Source: Verrucomicrobiia bacterium
GTDB taxonomy: Bacteria > Verrucomicrobiota > Verrucomicrobiia > Limisphaerales > UBA1319
Reading direction: 5' to 3'
DNA: 64,000 nt
Assembly: GCA_963664225.1 (NCBI GenBank)
Contig: OY760937.1
Span: 3,488,001 to 3,552,000 of the forward strand
The notes beneath the pieces were generated by a model that saw nothing but the letters and a program-made list of their open reading frames with translations, was not told the DNA's origin and ran no database searches. The translations under genes were made by a program, and so were the position numbers. Positions 58,095-64,000 of this stretch are shown here, piece by piece. Within the stretch, counting starts at the first letter, position 1. Each line of letters opens with the position of its first letter.

Positions 58095-58673
58095 TTATAA
58101 ACCTCGACGCTTTATAAACCTAGCAGGGCATCCTGCCACAACAGTGTATGGATCGACATCCCGGACGACGACGCTGTTCGCTCCTACCACGGCGCCATTA
58201 CCAATATGGACACCCGGTCCAATAAAAGCCCCTCGTCCTATCCAAACATCGTCACCGATATCGATTGCTGCGCCTCGATAACCCTGTATTCTGAAGGGAG
58301 TATTCGCGTCCTTAAACTCGTGATTATGATCACGCACCGACGTTAGTTCTCCCAAAGCTGAATTTTTTCCAATGCGAATCCCGTGCATGGATATAAGCAC
58401 ACAACCAAAACTGATGGAAGCTCCTTCGGCCATTTTGATGTAGCTCTTATTTTCGGTGCAAAGAAAAACATTGTCCCCAATACTACAGTTCTTGCATAAA
58501 AAGATGTTAGCATTCGGCGAACCGAAACGAATGTTTCTGCCAAAACGTGATCCCCATCCAATGTGGCCGAAGTAACTTCCGAGAAGTAGCCGATATGAAA
58601 CAGCGCGCAGCCAACTTGTCAGATAGTGGTTGCTCCACCACAAAGATTTAGAAATAAGTAAAAGCGGACGCAT
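58095..58673 (-). CDS. Left-handed beta-helix O-acyltransferase
   Basis: DHNH, IGDDVWIG, GAVVGANSVV, AGCPAR; start uncertain (up to 58727). Confidence 0.9.
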   Translation of the reverse strand: MRPLLLISKSLWWSNHYLTSWLRAVSYRLLLGSYFGHIGWGSRFGRNIRFGSPNANIFLCKNCSIGDNVFLCTENKSYIKMAEGASISFGCVLISMHGIRIGKNSALGELTSVRDHNHEFKDANTPFRIQGYRGAAIDIGDDVWIGRGAFIGPGVHIGNGAVVGANSVVVRDVDPYTVVAGCPARFIKRRGL

Positions 58674-58758
58674 ATGGTCACAAACAACAAATGCACATAA
58701 AAACTGCCTCTGCTGGGAAAAGAACAATGCTTTTCGTTTGTTCGGGAAATATTTTTGA

Positions 58759-60126
58759 TTAGCGCATGGAGGTGGGATTCAGGCGTTTGATATAAAGCAA
58801 GCTCACGACCCAGCGAACGAACTGAATACCCACCCAAGCACAGCCAAGGCCGGGACCTTGCATGGTGGGTACCAAAGTGTAAGAAAGGATTATGAATACT
58901 ATACTGCCTGCAATATATATATGAAAAACTTGCCAGACTAAACCACTTCCAACCATGATCTGCAAGTTGACGGTGGCCATCGCCTCGAATGCGACCGACA
59001 ACAGAAGCAGCCGAAGAACGAAGGCGCCGGTCTGAAAATCCTTACCATAAGCAAAAAGGATAGGTCCTGCAAAAGTGGCCATTATCAACAATATAGGAAA
59101 AATTGTTGCCAGTATCACAAACTGCATTAATCGAAGCACTTTCCTTTGTGTTTGTGAACCTTGCTCCGCCCGTGAATTTGTATATACCGGGAGAACGGCT
59201 GCCACTACAACGCCTATCATTGCCAATGGAATATTTCGCAATTGAAGAGCGCTGAAGTAGTCGGCTAAGTGCTCGTAACCTTTAGCCTGGCGAGCGAGAA
59301 GGGACTGACAAAGCCACGCAACAGGAATTCCAAGCATGTTGGTAAGCACCAATGGCAAGTTGAAACCCCATAGCAAGCTCAATTCGCTTTGCCATCCGGT
59401 CGCAAGCATCGGCACCTTGGCTTGACGTGCGTGGCGCTTGATTATCCAAAAAGAAATGACGCACACGAAAGCCTGTGAGATCGCTAAACCCCAGACTGCT
59501 CCACCCAAGCCTCCCCACCAACAACCTGCGATCGAAAAAGTAAAATTTAAAACGCCGACCCACAGATTGACCTTTGCAGCTTCTCGAAAAGCCTCAAACC
59601 CGGAAAGAATGCCCAGTTGTCCACCGTTAACGCTGGTAAATAGTAGATAAAGTGCGCTGATGCGCAAAATGCCTGCCAGACCCGGGTTGGCTAGAGAATG
59701 CAGCGCCAGCCAGGGTGCCGCAAAGAACATACCGATGGCACCAACTCCCCCTGCCACCCAGCACATACACTCGGACAAATAGATGATGCGTCCAGCTCTT
59801 TGTGGATTAGTTTTGCGGAATTCAGCGATATGCTTTGTCGCCATCACTCCCAGTCCAAAGCCTGCGACTGTTCCAAACATTCCCACAGTGGATTGCACCA
59901 TTCCCAGAGCGCCAAAAACTTCCTTACCTAATATTCTGGCAACAACAATGGTGCCAGCCAGTGCAAATCCTCTGGCCAAAAGAGTTCCTAACAATGTCCA
60001 AAACGCGCCACGCGCCAAGCGGTAGCCCAAAGGTGATGCTTGCAGTCGTCTCCAACTGGTTGCAAGAAAACCGGGCATCAGTGCTAGGAGGCGATCGGTT
60101 AAACTGATTTGTGGATTGCTAATCAA
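58759..60126 (-). CDS. wzx: Wzx oligosaccharide flippase
   Basis: ARILGKEVFG, about 12 TM segments, YGKDF. Confidence 0.88.
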   Translation of the reverse strand: MISNPQISLTDRLLALMPGFLATSWRRLQASPLGYRLARGAFWTLLGTLLARGFALAGTIVVARILGKEVFGALGMVQSTVGMFGTVAGFGLGVMATKHIAEFRKTNPQRAGRIIYLSECMCWVAGGVGAIGMFFAAPWLALHSLANPGLAGILRISALYLLFTSVNGGQLGILSGFEAFREAAKVNLWVGVLNFTFSIAGCWWGGLGGAVWGLAISQAFVCVISFWIIKRHARQAKVPMLATGWQSELSLLWGFNLPLVLTNMLGIPVAWLCQSLLARQAKGYEHLADYFSALQLRNIPLAMIGVVVAAVLPVYTNSRAEQGSQTQRKVLRLMQFVILATIFPILLIMATFAGPILFAYGKDFQTGAFVLRLLLLSVAFEAMATVNLQIMVGSGLVWQVFHIYIAGSIVFIILSYTLVPTMQGPGLGCAWVGIQFVRWVVSLLYIKRLNPTSMR

Positions 60127-60372
60127 ACAGGTTTAAATAGCCAGTGAAACAATACTGGTGGTGTGGATTTCAGATTGCGGGTTTCAGAATGAGGAAAATA
60201 ACGCTGGAACATCGAGTGCCAAGCTAAACGAACACAAAAACTCAAAGTAAGTCGGGCTGCGAGTTGGCTATCGTCAAAGCCGGAAGCCTGAGGTCAGAGG
60301 CCAGAGATCAGAGGCCAGTAATGCAAAGGCAAAGAGCACAGCGGTAAGAGCTGGGAGCATGGCAAACGTAAA

Positions 60373-61719
60373 TCAATAACTCAGCGTCATTTGGAGGGCA
60401 ACCTGGTTGTCGTCAAAACCATCGGTTTGGCTCGATTTCAGGGTGCGGAAGTTGTAATAGATGTTGGAGTGCAGATTCTTGGTGATTCGGACGTCGAAGC
60501 TGGGGCGGAGGGTCACGTAATCGTCGCTCCGATCCGCGGTTTTCGCGGCGGTGCTGGACTGGTATTTGTAGTTATCGTAGCCAATGCCCAAGCCGATGAA
60601 ATAGCGGTCCCCGAATTGCTGGCTGATGCCGCTGCTGATGCCCGTGATGATGTAATTCTGGCCGGAATAAACCGAGGCCTGGTCCCGGCGGTAGCCACTG
60701 AGATAAACTGCGGTGCGTTCAAAAGGCCGGTAATTGCCGTCTAGGGTAAAAATTGGTTCCAGACTGTCCTCGGCCCCCTCGAATTGGCGCATCTCGCCAC
60801 CGGCGGCCAGCCCCAGATCGACACGGTCGGCCAGTTTATAGCGGGCACGGGCCAGTAGCTGCTCGTATGTCTGGGATCGATCCTGTGTTTCTGTGTCGCC
60901 CAAGGTCAAACCGAAACCGGTATTCAACAGAGGGGTTATCTGGTAATTGAGCCAATTCACGGCGCTCCAGTCGGTGTTTCCGTTCAGCCCCAGATTGGCC
61001 TCGTAATCGGTGCTTCTGCGGCGCAGGTTCATTTCCGCCGAGGTTTTCTCGCTGAATTGGTAGGCCCCCATGATGGATGAGGTGATTGTTTCCACATTGG
61101 CGCGCCTGCTGGCTTCAATGACTCCGGTATTCTCGCGCGTGTAGCCCTGGTTCACGCCCAGGATGAGCTTGGCCATGGGCAGGAGGGCGTCGAATTTCAG
61201 TAGATGGTCCGTGGAGTCGTTCTCGGAATAGCGGTTGAACCAGTTGAACCTAGGGCCGTAATCGAGCATCAACAGTTTTCCCGGCCAGACCTCGAGGGGG
61301 GTGGTGATGTAGGTGCCGGGGGTGATCCCCATGAAATTGCGGTCATTGAGCAGGTATTCCGTGATGGCCATGCGGTCCCCGGCCACGATGCTGGCGGCGG
61401 GATTGACGGACCAGATGAAATCGGACTGGGTGTTGTGGGAGGCAATGAGGATGTTGTCGTCATACATCACGCCGGTGGTCAGCCTCGGGTGGATGTCGAA
61501 CGGACCGACGCGGAGGTCGGGCAGGCGGTCGGAGAAAGAAGGCCGGGAGGCCGCAGAGGGCTGAGAGCTCAGAGCGGAGGGCTCGGCAGCGGCAGAGGCA
61601 GCGGGAGCAGAGGGCTGAGAGCTGAGAGCTGAGGGCTCGGCAGCGGCAGGCTGAGCAGTCACGGCCTGAGTAAACACGACAACCGCGGCGGAGATTAGGC
61701 TGGTGGAGCTAATTTTCAT
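60373..61719 (-). CDS. Outer-membrane beta-barrel protein of a polysaccharide locus
   Basis: Signal peptide from MKISST, YDDNI motif, alternating beta-strands, terminal LQMTLSY. Confidence 0.8.
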   Translation of the reverse strand: MKISSTSLISAAVVVFTQAVTAQPAAAEPSALSSQPSAPAASAAAEPSALSSQPSAASRPSFSDRLPDLRVGPFDIHPRLTTGVMYDDNILIASHNTQSDFIWSVNPAASIVAGDRMAITEYLLNDRNFMGITPGTYITTPLEVWPGKLLMLDYGPRFNWFNRYSENDSTDHLLKFDALLPMAKLILGVNQGYTRENTGVIEASRRANVETITSSIMGAYQFSEKTSAEMNLRRRSTDYEANLGLNGNTDWSAVNWLNYQITPLLNTGFGLTLGDTETQDRSQTYEQLLARARYKLADRVDLGLAAGGEMRQFEGAEDSLEPIFTLDGNYRPFERTAVYLSGYRRDQASVYSGQNYIITGISSGISQQFGDRYFIGLGIGYDNYKYQSSTAAKTADRSDDYVTLRPSFDVRITKNLHSNIYYNFRTLKSSQTDGFDDNQVALQMTLSY

Positions 61720-61850
61720 AGGCAGCGAGTAGGCTAGGGTTAACAAAAGGCTGAGGGCTGAGCGGTAAGAGCCAATAAAGCTAATGGCGAACAAGATGTA
61801 AAAAGCTGAGCGGTAAGGGCATAGCGTAAATAATGCAAAGCGGAAAGCGG

Positions 61851-62210
61851 TTAGAGCGTGCGAGCCAGGTTTGTTATTTTACGGCTGAGTTCGTCGGACT
61901 GGCGGAGAAGGAGGGTTGCTTCGTCCGGTTTTAGCAGGGACATTTCTTCAAAAACATATAGCATGGAGGCATTTTCGAAAAGCGATCTGCGGGCTATATT
62001 CAGATATTGTTTAAATTCCTGAGGATGAGGGCTGGCAGAGCCTTCAGCAATATTGTTGGAAACAGACAAACCAGCGGCACGCAACTGCTCTGCGTAGCGC
62101 CAAAACTTTTGGTTATCGAGATGGTCTGCAATTTGATGAAATCTTACGGCAAGCTCTTTTGCCATTTGCCAGCATTCCAAATTCTCGAATCGCCAACGGG
62201 GCCGGTCCAT
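61851..62210 (-). CDS. Four-helix-bundle protein (23S rRNA IVS protein family)
   Basis: FENLECWQ, QLRAAGLSVSNNIAEG, FKQYLNIARRSLFE. Confidence 0.93.
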   Translation of the reverse strand: MDRPRWRFENLECWQMAKELAVRFHQIADHLDNQKFWRYAEQLRAAGLSVSNNIAEGSASPHPQEFKQYLNIARRSLFENASMLYVFEEMSLLKPDEATLLLRQSDELSRKITNLARTL

Positions 62211-62219
62211 AATTAAAGA

Positions 62220-62364
62220 TGCTTAGGGCTGAGAGCGCAGGGCTGAGGGCCAAAAAATGGCTGGGAGCGCAGAGCGGTAAGGGCAGTCGCAAAAAAAGGC
62301 GTAGGGCAGAGAGCTGAGGGCCGAGAGCCAAAAAACGGCTGGGAGCGTAGAGCCTAGAGCGCAG
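62220..62364. repeat. Degenerate heptamer repeats flanking the four-helix-bundle gene (also 61745-61860 and, inverted, 63818-63895)
   Basis: AGGGCTG/AGAGCGC/AGAGCTG units; GCACTTA x3 beyond the IS256. Confidence 0.8.
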
Positions 62365-62372
62365 GGTTCTTG

Positions 62373-63809
62373 GGTTTTGTAAAGAAAACTGTGTAAGTGA
62401 TTTTTTAGTTTTGTTTTTTGTTGTTATGACTCCCTGCGTTTTCGCAGCGAGATAGAACCAGCAGGGGGCGAGCTTTGAGCCTTAGCTCGCGCCCCCTGCG
62501 GTTAAATGGGCTTGCGTATCCAGTTTTCATGGCGGCTCAAGCCAACTGGGGCATCCGGTCCCCAAATTCAATGGCAAATCGGTTCAGCGCCTGGCCCCAA
62601 TTGTGGATGGGCATGGTCCACTTTTTGGCCGCCCGTTCCAGCGCCAGATAATAGAGTTTGAGCAGGGATTCCTCGTTTGGAAAAACGCCCCGATTCTTGG
62701 TGATTTTACGCAGCGATCGGTTCACCGACTCAATCGCATTGGTCGTATAAATGGCTTTGCGGATCTCTTCAGGATACTTCAAAAACGTGATCAGTTCCGG
62801 CCAGTGCGCCCGCCAACTCTTGCTGATCGATGGGTATTTTTTGTCCCACTTTTGGGCAAAAGCCTCCAGCGCCTGCTCGGCCTGGGCCACCGTCGCCGCC
62901 CGATAAATCGCCTTCAAATCGGCGGCCACCGCTTTGCGCTCCTTCCATCCCACGTAGCTGAGCGAATTACGCACCATGTGCACCAGGCAGAGCTGCACCT
63001 GGGTCGCCGGAAAGACCGTTTCCATCGCTTCAGGGAAGCCTTTAATCCCATCCACGCAGCCAATAAAGATGTCCTTTACTCCCCGGTTTTTAAGCTCCGT
63101 CAGCACATGCAGCCAAAACTTGGCCCCCTCACTGTGAGCCGCCCACATGCCCAGAACCTCCTTCTGCCCGGTCATCGTGATCCCCAGCGCCAGATACACC
63201 GCCACCTTGGCCACCTGACCGTCCTGCCGCACCTTGCCCCAGAGCGCATCAAAATAGACAATGGGGTAAACTTCCTCCAGTGGTCGGTCCTGCCAGACCT
63301 TCACATCAGCGCACACCGCCTCGGTCACTTGCGAGACCAGAGTCGGCGACACCTCCACCCCGTATATGTCCAACAGGTGCCCTTCAATCTCCCGCGTCGT
63401 CATGCCACGCGAATACAGACTGAGGATCGCTTGGTCAAATCCCTCGAACCGGCGTTGCCCCTTGGCCACGATCAGCGGCTCAAAGGTTCCGTTGCGATCC
63501 CGGGGCGTCGCCAGCTCCAGGTGACCAAACTCTCCCTTGAGGGTCTTGGGACTGGTGCCGTTGCGCGAGTTGCCCGAGTTGCGGCCCGCCGGGTCATGCT
63601 TGTCGTAACCCAAATGTACCGTCAACTCCGCTCCCATTGCCTTCTCCAGCAGCCGCTTCTGCAGTTGCTTGAAGATCCCATCCTTGCCCAATAAATCTTC
63701 GGGCTTCTGATAATCTTTAAGCAGTTCGTTTAGCACTTCATCGGTAATGGCCATGTCGTTAATCCTTTCATCTCTCTCAGGCCACTTACACAATTATTTT
63801 TACAGCCCC
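62373..63809 (-). mobile_element. Complete IS256-family element (1437 bp, 8-bp TSD GGTTCTTG)
   Basis: 27-bp imperfect IRs GGTTTTGTAAAGAAAACTGTGTAAGTG / GGGGCTGTAAAAATAATTGTGTAAGTG; TSD at 62365-62372 and 63810-63817. Confidence 0.95.
62537..63754 (-). CDS. IS256-family transposase
   Basis: NSRNG, PRDRNGTFEP, YFDA, CVDGIKGF, QLCLVH, YTTNAIES. Confidence 0.96.
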   Translation of the reverse strand: MAITDEVLNELLKDYQKPEDLLGKDGIFKQLQKRLLEKAMGAELTVHLGYDKHDPAGRNSGNSRNGTSPKTLKGEFGHLELATPRDRNGTFEPLIVAKGQRRFEGFDQAILSLYSRGMTTREIEGHLLDIYGVEVSPTLVSQVTEAVCADVKVWQDRPLEEVYPIVYFDALWGKVRQDGQVAKVAVYLALGITMTGQKEVLGMWAAHSEGAKFWLHVLTELKNRGVKDIFIGCVDGIKGFPEAMETVFPATQVQLCLVHMVRNSLSYVGWKERKAVAADLKAIYRAATVAQAEQALEAFAQKWDKKYPSISKSWRAHWPELITFLKYPEEIRKAIYTTNAIESVNRSLRKITKNRGVFPNEESLLKLYYLALERAAKKWTMPIHNWGQALNRFAIEFGDRMPQLA

Positions 63810-64000
63810 GGTTCTTGCTCTGAGCACTTAGCACTTAGCACTTAGCTCTAATCTGCCGCGCTCTTTGCGCTTCGCTCTCACCTCTCCGCTCTTTGTTTAA
63901 AACCACACTTCGTGCTCGTCAATTCGCATCGCAAGCGATTGACTGTCAATTTGTTGTAAAAAATCCCATTCCCACTGATTCGATCTGACCTCTGACTTCT

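Noticed and set aside
61851..62210. 23S rRNA intervening sequence
   Set aside because: The flanks are heptamer repeats, not rRNA.

Overview
A 64-kb bacterial chromosomal window, probably from Verrucomicrobiota (inferred from the giant Ig/RCC1/Calx-beta surface proteins, their C-terminal domain and the repeat style). It opens with the 3' end of an IS110 element inserted at a CT core inside a GTAG-type REP, followed by about 2 kb of mosaic REP-derived repeats. Core-like genes follow at 2.5-14 kb (GH78, CBM48-type protein, Gfo/Idh, OsmC, TPR protein with PilB-like ATPase, riboflavin-kinase-like protein, GH32). The rest is a minus-strand Wzx/Wzy polysaccharide locus (43-62 kb) whose UDP-L-FucNAc genes (fnlABC, 14-18 kb) are separated from it by an accessory block of about 25 kb. 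That block holds two convergent giant surface-protein genes with a 1.45-kb TA-bearing insert that duplicates their junction, two more type II TA pairs, YdcF, an HTH gene, two independently inserted IS3 copies and repeats of about 191 bp. Its modules are bounded by recurring heptamer and REP junction motifs, a cassette-like layout with no integrase visible. A four-helix-bundle gene and a complete IS256 end the window. No rRNA, tRNA, CRISPR array or reverse transcriptase was recognised. All functional calls come from motif recognition by eye, not database searches.
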